Origin: Auanema rhodensis
Lineage: Eukaryota > Animalia > Nematoda
NCBI GenBank assembly: GCA_964057225.1
Contig: OZ059896.1
Location: 15,934,001-15,998,000, forward strand
Length of the DNA stretch: 64,000 nt
Direction of reading: 5' to 3'
In this document: one piece after another, positions 24,362 through 38,326 of the stretch
Numbering within the stretch: position 1 is the first letter of the stretch
Layout: each line of letters opens with the position of its first letter
The notes under the pieces: generated by a model
The model's input: the letters and a program-made list of their open reading frames with translations, nothing else
What the model was told of the DNA's origin: nothing
The model's database searches: none
Position numbers and translations under genes: made by a program

Positions 24362-27300
24362 AATTCTGACTTGAATTCTTCTGACACCTTAGTTATCCCA
24401 AGCTTGTTTATCTTGATGTTTATGCTTATGTTTTCTCTTATATGGGAAAATTTCACATATACATACACACACATATAGGTATATTATTCGTGGAATGGTA
24501 GAAATTCAAACAAGGTGATTACTTTTATCATAAGAATAAATTAAATGAATAATAAAATGTATAACAAATTGATTTAGTTCCAATCATATCTTCTGGCTCC
24601 TATAGTCCAAATTATCCTTATGATTTGGATCATTAACTATATCATCGGCTATACGGGCTATAATATGGTATCCATTGGCATATCTGTCATTTATGTTTTA
24701 CATAAATAATTGATGAATTCTAAATATTGAGAAAAAGCTATTCCGTCAATTGATTATATTCTTTTGTTCATAACATTATGTGATATACTTCTAAGTTATT
24801 TATTAGATGTACTATATTATTCACAATTATTATATTATAGTTATCAGATTATCTTATAGAGTTTTATTTTTCCGAAGGAAAAGTATGATCTTGCCTTTAA
24901 ATTCGTGTCAAAACTCTTTTATTTATTAAACATCCGGTCAGTCAAACGTCTTTCTAATGGCAATAATAGGTATGTTCGTAGATTGAATTGAAATCCAAAG
25001 CAGTTTTCAGATTCGTTGTGATGTGCTTACTGAAATCAAGTATCTTTACTCACATACGTTTGCATTAAATATTGACAGTCTATTGATCAAATTAATCAAA
25101 AGTAAACAATAGATTCGCTAATATCTTATTGTTTCCGGCTATATGCTGTGAACTAATATAAAAATAATAATTGCACGTCACTTTTCATATTTACGGTTGT
25201 TGTTGTTGTATACGATATATTTAATTATTTTATCAATTAAAAATAAATTCACAATTAAATCTTTTTTTTTTGAATGAATAAATATTACAATCAATTTAGT
25301 TTTTTTGAAATTTTAATAATAATTACATGTATCCAGAAATCCTTCTTTTTTAATTTATACATTTGCGTTCCGTCACTTTTTCGCATCGGAACATACTGGA
25401 AAATTGAAATTAAATAAGGCTATTGTTTTATGTACTAGTTTCAATTCGAAAACACTTTTGAGCTTAGTGTTAGTTTTTCAACTTGAATTATCATTGGCTG
25501 AATTCAAGTATACTGGTCAAGAAAAGGTATGGATTAACATTACAAGTCTTTTCATTAGACTCACTCACGAGTCTTTTTATTAGACTTATTTCGAAAAGTT
25601 TTCTAAATTTTTGATTTTTTTCCCAAAATTTTTAATTTTTCAATCCATCGTATTACATCGTGCGGGTATTCGTGATTTATATAATCCTTAATATTTAAGA
25701 CGTTTATCAATTGATTTTCGATTGCGTACATTTTTATTATTTCAAAAAATAATAAAAGTATTTGTGTTGTTTCTTTTTCATTTGTTTTGTTTAGGAATTC
25801 CGGGTTGATTCTATGTCAGAGTGGTAATCGTTGACAGACATTTTATTTACCTATTTTCAAAAAATTAGAAATTTTCCTTCTGTCTTATGGTCATTAGTAT
25901 CCTATTAGATGTGTTTTAATAGAGATGAGTACTACAAATGTTTTAGTAATCGTAATAGATGCCAGAGACTGTGATATCAAATTCTAAAATATGTTCATTC
26001 CTATTAGATATTCGGTTTAACTTGGTCTTCCTCATTGTTCTTATTCCCTTTCTAAAATAAAAAAAAATGTGCTTGGGTGGATATTTCTTGTCTAATTTTC
26101 CCTATGAGTAAATTTATGTTTTTCCTCATCAATTATCCTATTAATCAACATATTTGGCTTATCACACATTTTTTTCTCATTTTGGTTTTTCATTTATGCT
26201 TTTAACTTCGGTTTATGGTTATTTGCCTCATTAGCATAATACATTGCTTGATATTGAAGCGCAATCTCCTCATTAGCATGCTGACTATACACATTTTTTT
26301 CAGTTCTGTTCTCATTAACATGTCTTTATACACAAATTTTACATCTCGAAAAGGTAATAGAATATAACAAAAGGGTTTATTTAAAAGTATATTAAGAATT
26401 AATTATTATACAATTTATATTAAACGAGAGTCTGTGTTATGATATGTACAATGTCAATCATGAAAGGAAAGATAAAATATATAAAATGAATACGAAGATA
26501 AATGTGTATTTTAAAATAGAAGTAACCATGAATTCAAAAACTGAAATCATAATAGGTAAAATTGAACTATTAAAGAAAAATTGTATTTTTCTATTTGATT
26601 CAGAAATTGAAAAACAAGTACTATAGGGTCAAATTAGCACACATTATAAGAAACATATAAGAAAACATAAAAAATATTGACAGTCTATTGATCAAATTAA
26701 TCAAAAGTAAACAATAGATTCGCTAATATCTTATTATTTCCGGCTATATGCTGTGAACTAATATAAAAATAATAATTGCACGTCACTTTTCATATTTACG
26801 GTTGTTGTTGTTGTATACGATATATTTAATTATTTTATCAATTAAAAATAAATTCACAATTAAATCTTTTTTTTTTGAATGAATAAATATTACAATCAAT
26901 TTAGTTTTTTTGAAATTTTAATAATAATTACATGTATTCATAAAAAACTATCAATCTATATTCAAATATAGGCAACTATCTGCTAGGTGTGTAGCTTATA
27001 TGCTATACCACATTGTACGTAAACTAATTTAGCGTAAAAGCACGTAGTTCATTATTTTACATTATTACAGTTCTGTTTTAGTAAGGAACCCGTATAAAAA
27101 TATCAGAAAAATTTATACAAAATATGCAAAGCGTCGAAGTCATGACGAACTGATGAAGAGAGGACTCAGACATTGAAATATATATTATACTCGATATTGA
27201 TTCCAAAAAAATCTGAAAAATTTTTAGAATACTATATTGCTTTTATGTTTTGTTCGTAGCTAACTATTCAATATGAATAATTAGTCTTAAACAGAATAAA

Positions 27301-27900
27301 ATGTTTGGATGAGCATATTGTCATCCTAAATTTAAATTGAAGGGACGAAATTAATTTGTATAATGTTTTGTATAAGTTTTCAGTTTAAATATAATATTTA
27401 TTTATTCTAATTAATAATAGCTTTTTGATCTTTGGACTCTTTTCGGTTTTATAACAGCCCTTTTCTTTATTCTAACTTCGCGCGCGTGTGTGAATTTTTT
27501 AACAAGGTTTCTGTGTAAAAAATTGTTTAATGTTGAAGGGAGGGAGTCTTTAAGCATCAAGTATTTTTTTAATTTTTATACAAAAGGGTCCAAATAATAA
27601 TTTAAAGTTCCCCCTTAAAGGGTCGTTTACAGTTAAGAATATAACAGACAATTGGGTGGATATACAGAATAACGAAACATCGTTATCAGTTCAACGAGAA
27701 CTTTTAGTTCCATTCCGAATTACTACGCAGATTCTTGGAAACCTCGTAAGCTCGTTTCTAGATTTGGCTTCATGTATGCATATATATCTATCTATTTCTC
27801 AGTCTACAATCAACTAAACTAAACAAAACAACAAGAATTATCACACATTTTTCTGACATTCCTGAAATCTAGATCTTACCTTTTTCAACAATCATTCGCA

Positions 27901-29332
27901 ATGGCATCTGTTGTAAAAATAATACTTCTCTCCACTTTCGGATTAGTTTCAATACTATCATTTATTCTTACTGCTATAATATGGTATCCTCTAGCTTATT
28001 TGGCTTTTAAGTATGTTACTTGTGTAGTAGAAAACTTTGTAATTCATTTTTAGGAAAAAGTCTTCTCCTATATATTTAATTTCGTTCGCCAATACTTCAG
28101 CTGATTTTCTATTTGTGATTATGGTGTTTGTCTATTTTCTTCCAAGCTACATATTAGATGTACTGAATTGTTTCTGGTGTTTTTGCCAGTATTTCCTTTA
28201 ACCTCCCCCAATTTTGCTAAAGTTCACCTCTTCTATTTAAACGAGAGTACAATTCGAATTTTTTTGTAATCCAAATGTATCTTACCATGGGAAATATACT
28301 GCGAAGAAGCCAGTACTATCTTTCTTCCTTATATGATTCTTTTATAGAGTTTTATTTTTTCAAAAGGACTAAAAGATCCTGGTTTAATTTTACTTACAAG
28401 TGTTTACATTGTTTACTGGACTTCTGGACAGTCATATGTGATTTTAATGGCTATTAACAGGTTGGATTTCCAACCTCTGCAATAGCTATATCAGCGTACT
28501 TTTCAGATTCGTGGTAGTATGTCTTCCACAATACAATATTTTTACTTATAAGTTTGTTAGGAATACGATTATTGGTTTAAATATATTCAATATTGTTTCT
28601 ATAGCACTAATGCAATATGTTTTACCTTGCTGCACGTAAATTCTTTTTTGGTTTCTTTTTTAAAGTTAGTTAATCACCTTCAGGCTTGTACTTGATAAAA
28701 ATGTTTATTCTTATTCTTATATAGAAGTAGAGGGTGTTCCAAACTATGCTGATGATTATATTGGATTTCCCTATGATGCCTGTACATCATGCGTTGGAGT
28801 TGTTTGTTATTGCTTGGTAAATATTTCACCATTTCACATTATGAATTCTTAAAGTTCAGTTATTCTTTTACATCCGGAGAGCAGGGAAAAAAGTCGCGTT
28901 GACAGGCAAAGAACAAAGTAAACGAAGACTCAGAGAATATAAGTAATTGAATTTGATATATGATTGTTGCTTCAGAATATATTCCTTTAGATTCGCTCTA
29001 CAGTTCTTTCTGACATCCGTTTTCCGCATCTTCAGTTGGGTTATATTCCGTTTACTCTTCTCTGTTCTTGCAACAGACATTGAGATTGCTTGGTATATGC
29101 TGGCCCCTATATTTCTTTCTCTGAGTTGTTGTGTTGATGCATTGGTTTACCTTTTAATGAACAGAGAGGTAAGAAGCTATTGAATTAATATCAAAAACAT
29201 TTTAAATAATTACAGGTGAACGAAGCTATTGGTTTTATTTACTTGAAAAAGGTAAAAATAAGTCATGTGAGCATGTCTTCAAAACAACAGAAGCGAAGCA
29301 ATTCACACTGTCATGATATGTCCACAAAATAA
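27901..29332 (+). CDS. Serpentine 7TM chemoreceptor, srx/srxa-like, copy 3
   Basis: Same structure as copy 1; intact; about 4 coding substitutions; upstream promoter region absent. Confidence 0.82.
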
Positions 29333-30620
29333 AATTCTGACTTGAATTCTTCTGACACCTTAGTTATCCCAAGCTTGTTTATCTTGATGTTTATGCTTAT
29401 GTTTTCTCTTATATGGGAAAATTTCACATATACATACACACACACATAGGTATATTATTCGTGGAATGGTAGAAATTCAAACAAGGTGATTACTTTTATC
29501 ATAAGAATAAATTAAATGAATAATAAAATGTATAACAAATTGATTTAGTTCCAATCATATCTTCTGGCTCCTATAGTCCAAATTATCCTTATGATTTGGA
29601 TCATTAACTATATCATCGGCTATACGGGCTATAATATGGTATCCATTGGCATATCTGTCATTTATGTTTTACATAAATAATTGATGAATTCTAAATATTG
29701 AGAAAAAGCTATTCCGTCAATTGATTATATTGGAAAAGTATCATCTTGCTAATTCATGTCAAAAATAATTTACAATGAAATAACCATGAAATATTTTTGA
29801 AAAATTTATGTAGTATATGGTGTGCATTAAAAACTGAATATATCATGCTGAATCTTTCGTAAGTATCCAATGGCTATATCCAGATCTCTATTTACATATT
29901 TAATATTTTTTGAATACGATTTAAAAAACAATTTCGGAAGTTAGACAGTAATTTTTTTAAACTATGAAATTTCCCGCATAAAAGGAATTGAAAACCAATC
30001 ACAATTCACTTCATTATGAGGTATTATTCAGAGAGTTGGTTACTATTATTACAAATCATATTTTAGTTAGTTAGTATTACATTAGAAAGGACAAAAAATT
30101 CTTTGTTTTTTTTTATAAATCTTGACAGAGGTTTCGGTTGTGAAAGTTATGTCATATGTATATGTTTAAAAATTGTCCGGACGTTCCAAATATTAAGAAC
30201 AAAGGTATAAATCTATTGTCAAACCACTAGTTCAGATCATCACACGACTTACAATAAAGAATAATTATATAATAGTAGAATTATAAAACATTTGAATATA
30301 TTAGAAAACCATTTACATATCTAAGACGTGAGAATCAGATTTTGTGTCAAAATCTTAAAATTGTTTTATGGATATTTGTTTTATATCGCTAAAGGTCTTG
30401 TCTTGAAATCCATATTTCATCAGGATTAAGATATACTGTATATTTTAAATGTATCAGTTGATAACCTAAAATGTTTCAATTAAGGCAATTTGTTTCGTTA
30501 AGACATTAATATAACCTCAATCTTCAGTTCAACATTTTTCATAAATATATTTTATTTTCTCTTTTTCTATTAACTCTTATTAAAAGTCCCACAAACGATC
30601 TGTCCAAGTTTTTTCTGTTA

Positions 30621-30673
30621 GATTCTCTTGATTCTCTTCTTGATTCTCTTCTTGATTCTCTTCTTGATTCTCT
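30621..30673. repeat. 12-bp minisatellite (TTGATTCTCTTC)x~4
   Basis: Direct tandem repeat; reads ENQE repeats on the minus strand. Confidence 0.85.
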
Positions 30674-31828
30674 TAAATTTCTTGAATTTCTGTTTGAAGT
30701 TTTTGGTTTTCACTTTCTTCATTATACTACTTTTTTATTTTTTCTCTTCAGTTTCTCCCTTGTTTGGCTCTCTTTTTTGTTTCCTCTTAAAAATTTCCCA
30801 TTTAATTAATATTTGCAAATTTGTTCTTTCACTATCTTCAACTGTATTCTTCTTTACACTTGAACTCATCTAATTTTTTTTTAATCAGATCACCTATTTT
30901 CTTTTGTTTTAGTTTTTCGAATTATTTTTGTTGGTAAAGGTTGATTAATTCATAGTTTACTTTATTTACATTTGCTTTACGTACAAGTTGATTTATATAA
31001 TTTTTTAATTCCAGTTTTTAATTTATAGTTTTTCTTATTTTTTCTTTACTTATTTTTTTTAGTACTTAGTGCGTTTTTTGTTTTTTTCCGCCTTTTTATT
31101 CGCGATTTTACATAGTAATTAATAGTAAATTCTTTATAATTCGGTCATTTGGTGCTTTTTTTTGAATTTTTCTCTAATATCCGGTAAGTTTATATCCTGC
31201 TTATCTTTTAAATATTTGGTCATTCTTAAGAGCAGGTAAGTTTAGAATTCAACATTTGCTTCTCCAATAATTTTTGTTTTTTAGATTTGGATTTGGTTCA
31301 AATTTGGGTAAGTTTGTGTATAATTTATTGTTTTATTAGTTAGTTAATCACATTACTACTTTTCCTTTATTATTTTTTAAATTTTACTTTATTTTTTTTA
31401 TTTTACTTTAATTTAAACTTTTTTATACTTTTTATTTCTTGTCGTATTTATAATTTTGAGTTTTTAATTTTTTTGGAACATTTTGAAGATTTTTTTAAAA
31501 AAATATTTTGGACAAATAAATCATTTTTTACTTGTATATGTGTTGGTTATTTCACAATAATGAATAAAAGTTCTAAACTGGTCGCTACACTGTACAGGCG
31601 TTCGAAGAAAATTGTGTTGGGCGCTAATTTCTGTACATCTCCCTCAATATTAAGCCACGTCATTTTCTAACTACGGTAGCGTAGATTAAAGGCATTTTCG
31701 ATGAGACGGCTCGTTGAGGGTTCGAACAAGTTTGTATCTATTTCAGTCTGAAGTTTATGCAAATTTTGAATGTCAACAATTAGAAAAAAAGCATAATATT
31801 GATGAACTAGCATCTGAACTAAACCAGA

Positions 31829-34800
31829 ATGCTAGAAGACTTGCAAAAAGCAGATAAAATAGCTCTTGCAAAGAGAAAGGTGAGTATTCTTTATTTAAGT
31901 TTTGTTAATTCGATAATTCTGCTAGCTACGTGAATATGAGAATAGAAAACATGCTGATGCTAACCAAAGTAGTAATGTATCCAGTGTAGATGATGGCAGG
32001 AACTCGGTTATGAGCAACAGTTCTGCTATTTCATCAGGTTTCATAGTTATCTTTTTTTTCACGTCACATTTATTTAGAAATTCATAAAAATGGTATGGAG
32101 GAGGAGAAGCAGAGTATAGGGTTAGACGTACGTTAATTCTTTTCTATTGTTATTAAGACTTGAGTTGTTTTAAGAACAGCGATCATGGTAGTAGCAATCT
32201 GCTTATGCCGAATCACTCCATCAGCGGATCACACAGTCCGCAATCTTCTCATTTTTCTTTCGTGGTATGTTGGTTTTTATTTTTGGTATATTCAAAATTT
32301 ATTTTTATTCGTGTAGGGAATGACAACGGAAGAACGGGAAAAATTTATCATGGAGCGTGATAGTCTCATGTCTAGCTATAATAGTTTAAAAACTCAAATG
32401 CACGAATTGGTAAGTGGATATATTGAACGAACTCAATTAAGCTGATATATGTTCTAAGTTCCTTATTAATTATACGTACGAGACATAATTTTGATATCTG
32501 AAGAATCCGCTTCAACAAAGACCTTAATGTTCAGATCCCGATTTAGATTTCTTTTTTGTATAGTTTTATCTTTTACGACCAACGAAATGGAATTTATTGT
32601 TGAACAAGAAACTTTTATACATATTTCAGCTTCTGTTTCGGAACTTAATTTGATATGAGACTGCAAAAAAATGCGAGTTGTAAAAGTTTCTGTATTGCAG
32701 CACAACCACTACTCACAACTACATGCAGCTTATTCGCAATTAACTGCAAATGGCTCTCATATGGAAACCGAAAAACAAGTTAGCCAATTGCAATCGGTAT
32801 GTTCTAACTAAAAATTTAAAAATATTAATCTAGTCCTTTTCTGTAGGTGATTGCTGTGATGGTAGAAGAGAAGACTTCACTTAATAGAGACTTGCGAAAG
32901 GCGAAAGAGGATATTCTAGCTTTACAAACTGAATTGGAGAAGGTTTTTCTTAAATTTTAACTAATTTTCATTCTTTAATTTCAAGATGGTGCAAATAAAA
33001 GCTGATGTGCCCGTTCTAGCTGATGCTCCCCCAGTTTCGAAAGATGTTGTTCAACTTCTTCAAGCCACGAAAGAAGAACTAGATAGCCAAAGAAGGATAA
33101 CTGCTGAAGCTCAAGCTCAACTGCTAACTGTGCAACACGAAAGAAGTGATGCACAAGCGAGAGTTAAATCATTATTCCGGGAAAAGGAGGAATTGGAAAA
33201 TCACCTCAGTCGGACACGCAAGGATTTGCAAATGAAAGAAATTTATCTCAAACAATTATCTGCACACCAATCTCCCGTTGCGGAGAACTCAGTTGTCGAT
33301 GAAGCAGAAATTCAAAGACTTCATGGTTTGATTACTTTGACCAACTACTCTACATAACAAATGTTTAAGATAAAATTGCAACTTTGGAAAAGTCTGTAGA
33401 GAATCTTGGAACCGAAAAAGATACAATTTGCCAAGATTTGGAGCTTTCTAGGAGAAATTATGAACAATATTGTCAAGAATTATCTTCAAAAACTTCGAAA
33501 ATGGAAGCTGATGTGGGTTGTTGTTCAATTCTGATCCTAAAGTGGTGTATTGCAGATAGAAATTGCTGAGCAAGGAAAACATGTAGCCGAGTTACGGGTC
33601 ACAGAACTTGAAAGCCAGCTTAGTCTTCTAGTTCAGGTATTTTAATTTTAGAAATTAAAAAATTTAAACTTTAAATTAAAGGATATGGAACAATTAAGAG
33701 CTTTAAAGGGTTTTTCTCAGCAACAATCTACAGGTGTAGAAGTTTTTTCACAACAAACATCTGTAAATGAAGAAGATCTGAAAAAACAAATACACCAAGC
33801 CGTTGAACGTGTTAATGAGGAATGGGAGCTGAGATTCAGAGAAGACAAGTACAAGTTTGCTCAAGAGATTTCTGAAAAGGTACTCACCTTTTTTCATATT
33901 TTGTTTTGATTTGTTTGTTCTCCTATTTTCTTTTTTTTATTTTCCTCTGAAATAACTAACGAAATTTATCATTTTTTTAATTTGTTTGTTGTTTATATTT
34001 TTTTTCAGGATAAACAAATCCAGGAAAGTCGTAATGCCCTTGCTGAGCTTTTAATTCGTTACAAGAATTTGGAAGAAAGATCAGAGCATTCGATACCCAA
34101 CGAATCAGTGGGAAAACTGTTTTTTCTATTTATAATTTTTTGGTTCTATAGGAACTTTTGTCTCTTTCTGAGCAGCTACAAAATGAGAAGGCTACTGTTT
34201 CTCGAGCTGTTGCTCAAAACAAAGAGCTCAAACAACTACTGTTGGATACTGAAGATAGGCTTGTTTCATTAACTGAGGAAAAATTACAATGCGAACTTGC
34301 AAGACAGAGTGCTGAGCACATGGTTAAAGAGTTAACTAGAAGATTAGAAGAATCTGTATGTAACTTTACTTCTTATCTGTAGTATTAGTTTTGTTTGAAG
34401 GATAATGGCACAATTAACGAAAATCCAGTTGCCTCTCTCGTGTCCCATACGCAACAAATGGAGATTGAGAGGGAAGAGAGCAGTAATGGTTTGTGTATAC
34501 ACTTATGTAGATCTTGGAACTCATACTTTAAGAATCAGCTGGATTCACATCATCAGATGATTATCGAGAACGGGAAATAGAACTTCGAAACGAATTGGAG
34601 AAAACTCATCGAGAGTTGTCAGATGTATGTGTGAGCATGTTAAAAACATTCCAATATTTTAATACAGATGAGAAATGAACTGAGGCGCAGCATTAACCAA
34701 AATCAAGAAATGAACCAAATTATGATGCTAAATGCTGAGGATGAGAATCAAAATAGGTGGAAATGTCTGTTTCTAATAATATAAACTATAACCGTTTTCA

Positions 34801-36476
34801 GTTTCCATGTTGAACTTGGCCAAGCTGTTAGTAGAATAAACGTTTTGTCTACTGAAAATGATCAACTACGAGAAGTTTGAGAAATTCATTGATAAGTGTT
34901 CATTGCTCTTTCCAGACAATTTCTAACTTGACTCAAAAGCTGTTGACACCTGATGAATCAGATGATATTTCCAATCTGCGTGATGAAAATTCTCGTCTGA
35001 GAGAGGTGTTGTTATTAAACTTCTACTCAATTTATCATTTGTTTTAGGAAATTTCCCTGCTTAATCAACGGATATTAACAACAGTGTCTCATGAAGAAAA
35101 AACTGAAAAGGAACAGCTTCAGCAAGTAGATATTAAAATTTTAAAATTTATTTATATTAATTGTGCCATTAAGCAAAGCGTCTCTGTTAGTACTAACGAA
35201 ATTCCGTCAGATGAGTCTGTACAGGAAAATCTTGGATTAAAAGAAGTACGATTTATATCTCTAGGTTTTACACTTTATGATTCTCATTAGGATCTTGCTC
35301 GTACTTTGTCTATTTCGCGTTTGGAACAGAACAATACCTTAGAAACCCTCATCATTGAAAACCAACATTTAAACAATGTAATACTCTTCTCGTAGATTAC
35401 GCTTTATATCTATGCATTATAGGTTATTCATCGTTTGACTGAACGAGTAGGTCAGCTTGAAACAGAAGTTAACAATAGCCAGCAGTTGATTCAAAGTGAC
35501 GAGCCTAACTGTAGCCCTCCGGAAGTAGCTGTTAAGGTTACGGAATCTAGTAACCTTTTAAAGTAACACGCTACACAGTAAAAATTCTTTAATTTTGTCC
35601 ATTCAGTTCGTCTGGTGTTATTGGAACAGATGAATGGGCCCGTGTAGAACTTGAAAAGAAGTTCTCTCAGGCTATGCGTAAGAATGCCGAACTTCAAGAG
35701 AACATGGAAAGAATAGAACATATTAATGTTCAATTACAACTTGAGAATGATACTATAGCTGATCATGTTGTGCTTTATCAACACCAACGTCGATTGATCA
35801 GAGAAAGAATTAGAGCCAAGGATTTACAGGTTTTTTATATATTTATGATGTATTATTTTACAAGTTTTGTGACAGCTTGCTTCACTTGCGAATGAGCGCC
35901 AACGAGTTATTGATAGATGCCAAGAGTTGCAAGAAGCTTTACTCAATGTTTTGAAGAAAAATGGAACTTCCCAAGTAATTCTAAAAAATAAAATTCTTAA
36001 TATTCGTATAATTTAAGGACCAAAATACAGAGCCTTTAATAGCAAAGGCAAAAAGAAAAACATCGCGTACATATAGCCACAGTACTGTAGATGAATTGAG
36101 CGGAGACGAAGAAATTGTTATTCCTCCTATTCCTGAAAATGTATGATCATCTTGTAAATGATTACTTCAACTTATTTATCTATTTGTAGGTACCAGAAAT
36201 TGAAGATCTTGAAAAGCAATCTGATGAGGTTGTGTTAGAAGTAGACTCCAATTCTCCCATTCCTACTGAAATGAATGACACTCCGCAACCAGGGACAGAC
36301 TATACGGATCCAGATATTAAACGCATATTTAGCATAATTAATGATATAAATGTAAGTTTTAAAATTAGGATACTATTATTACAAAAGAAAAATTTCATTT
36401 TCAGATTCCTTTACAAACTAGAAATACTGAAAAATTGCAATGCACACAATGCATTGGAGAACTAAAACATATTTAA
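31829..36476 (+). CDS. golg-2: Golgin subfamily A member 2 (GM130) homologue, many exons
   Basis: N-term KIALAKRK|LREYE; long coiled coil; EQLQNEKATVSRAVAQNKELK; IEHINVQLQLENDTIADHVVLYQHQR; C-term CTQCIGELKHI*. Confidence 0.88.
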
Positions 36477-36767
36477 TTTATTTGTAAATTTAACTTATTT
36501 TCATATATGTACATCAATTTTTTATTTGTTTTTTAGTCTAAAGCTTTCACTTGGTATAGAATAGATATCTAGATGATTAATCTTTGGGTTTATTCAAGTC
36601 GTTTTAAATGTGATATGGATGAGTTTTGTTAATGTTCTATTTAGAGAAATTTTCTTAATAAATTGCTTTCTTTTTCAAATTATCTCAATTGAATAGTCGC
36701 ACGTACTATCGTAGAAAAGAGTATTTTAATTTAATTTGTTTTCGTTTTTATTAATTTTTTCACTCAG

Positions 36768-37371
36768 ATGGGAAATCCCACAGAAGTTTACCGTCTATTT
36801 TCACTTTTAGAACGGCTGGCAATTTACGGAATTTTCGGTTTTGCTGCTGAAGTGAGAAGTTTTATCTTTCTCTCGTTACTTTAATCTTGTTTGAGATCTC
36901 ATTTACAGCTATATGGGATGCTGTTGAGAATGGAAATCGTAAGCTTCTGGGTGTTTCCTCAATGTATATATTCTTTGTATATGGGCTCGCCATATTGATA
37001 ATTGAAAGACTATTTCTTGCTCTGAAGGTTGTCACTTAATATTTAGCACCAAAACGTTCAAAGCTATATTACAGCAAAAGCTGGGCCTGCTCCTAAGAGG
37101 TATTTTTTATGTCATCGTGTGTTATACATTTGAATTCTGCTTCGGTTACTTCTTGAACATTTGGGATGCATGCCCTTGGGATTATGCCAGGTATCTTAAT
37201 CTCGACGCCGTGAGTAATTTTGAACTTTACAGTTATTTCAATTATCATTATATGGGGTTAATAACCTTAGAGTACATTCCTGTCTGGTTCTTCGCTTCCT
37301 TATTTTGTGAACAATATCTCATTTGTGCTGTGCTGAACGTTGGCTGGATCAACAAAGCAAAATCTGTTTAA
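36768..37371 (+). CDS. TMEM229: Transmembrane protein 229 homologue
   Basis: RLAIYGIFGFAAE|ISFTAIWD...LLGVSSMYIFFVYG...LRGIFY...ACPWDY...MGLITLEYIPVWF. Confidence 0.88.
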
Positions 37372-37764
37372 AATATTTCTCATCTCAGCAAAGAACAATC
37401 AGGTTTTTATTAAAATAATGTATTTATCTAGTCCTTATACGGCTTCTTTTTAATGTTTGTACATAATATATTTTTTTACATTTTTGTAAGACATTAAAGA
37501 AATTTTATTCTATGGTTTCCATGTTATTATGATTGTTTTTAAAGTGAATGAACTATCAGCTTCAAGGTGAAGCTTTTAAATTATTGATGACTTGTTTTTC
37601 AACAAAGTTTAAGTCAATATGATCTTGAATACTTGTAGAAGGCACAGTTTTATAGATTATTTCTCCTGTGAAACGTTTACTCTCAGTCTCAAATTTTTTA
37701 AACACTAATGAAGATATGCTCTTCTAGAATTTTGACGTGCTAATTATTCAACGTTCAACCAGGA

Positions 37765-38085
37765 ATGTTTCCTGCAATTGGTTTTGATGAGGATTACGAA
37801 GCAAGTTTATACTTAACTTAATTGCATCTTCAGGTTAATTTAGCCGGAGAACTTGAACAGCATTGAAGGTATTACTTCATTCCGGGACCGAAACCATTCA
37901 CTCACGGAATGGATGAGAAGAGAAATTGAAGATCACGCAGACGATCTTCACGAAATGGTCTGTTTCCCAGTTGTTTGATAAACGTATATTCTTATATATA
38001 GAGATTGCGCACAAACTCAATTCTGAAAGATCCGCTTAAAACAAAAGTCGTAGATGCCAGCAGAAGTGCCTATCAAAGTCGCTAA
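37765..38085 (+). CDS. Small hypothetical protein (~77 aa; MFPAIGFDEDYE|PENLNSIEG...EWMRREIEDHADDLHEM|RLRTNS...AYQSR*)
   Basis: Three exons in phase if intron 1 uses a GC donor (GCAAGT); AATAAA ~55 nt after the stop. Confidence 0.4.
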
Positions 38086-38326
38086 ATTATTCAAGTTGTA
38101 CAAACGTTTTTTACATGTTTATTTCTATACTTCACTGTAAATAAATATATTTTTCTCCTAATGTGTACTCGTTCAATAACCATGTGGATCAGGCAAAAAA
38201 GTGAAAATATTACATATACGTATTAAAGGAATTGCAATAGTGAATAGATAGAAGATCTTAACTAAACGATAATACCATAAAAGGGCTGGTAATTGTAAAC
38301 TCCTAATAAAGATCTTCAATTGCTAA

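Larger units (their letters stand above)
17427..29731 (+). repeat. Recent tandem segmental duplication: unit 1 17427-22496, unit 2 22815-27884 (offset 5388), partial unit 3 ~27889-29731
   Basis: Near-identical sequence and repeated ORFs at offsets 5388 and 10359. Confidence 0.97.
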
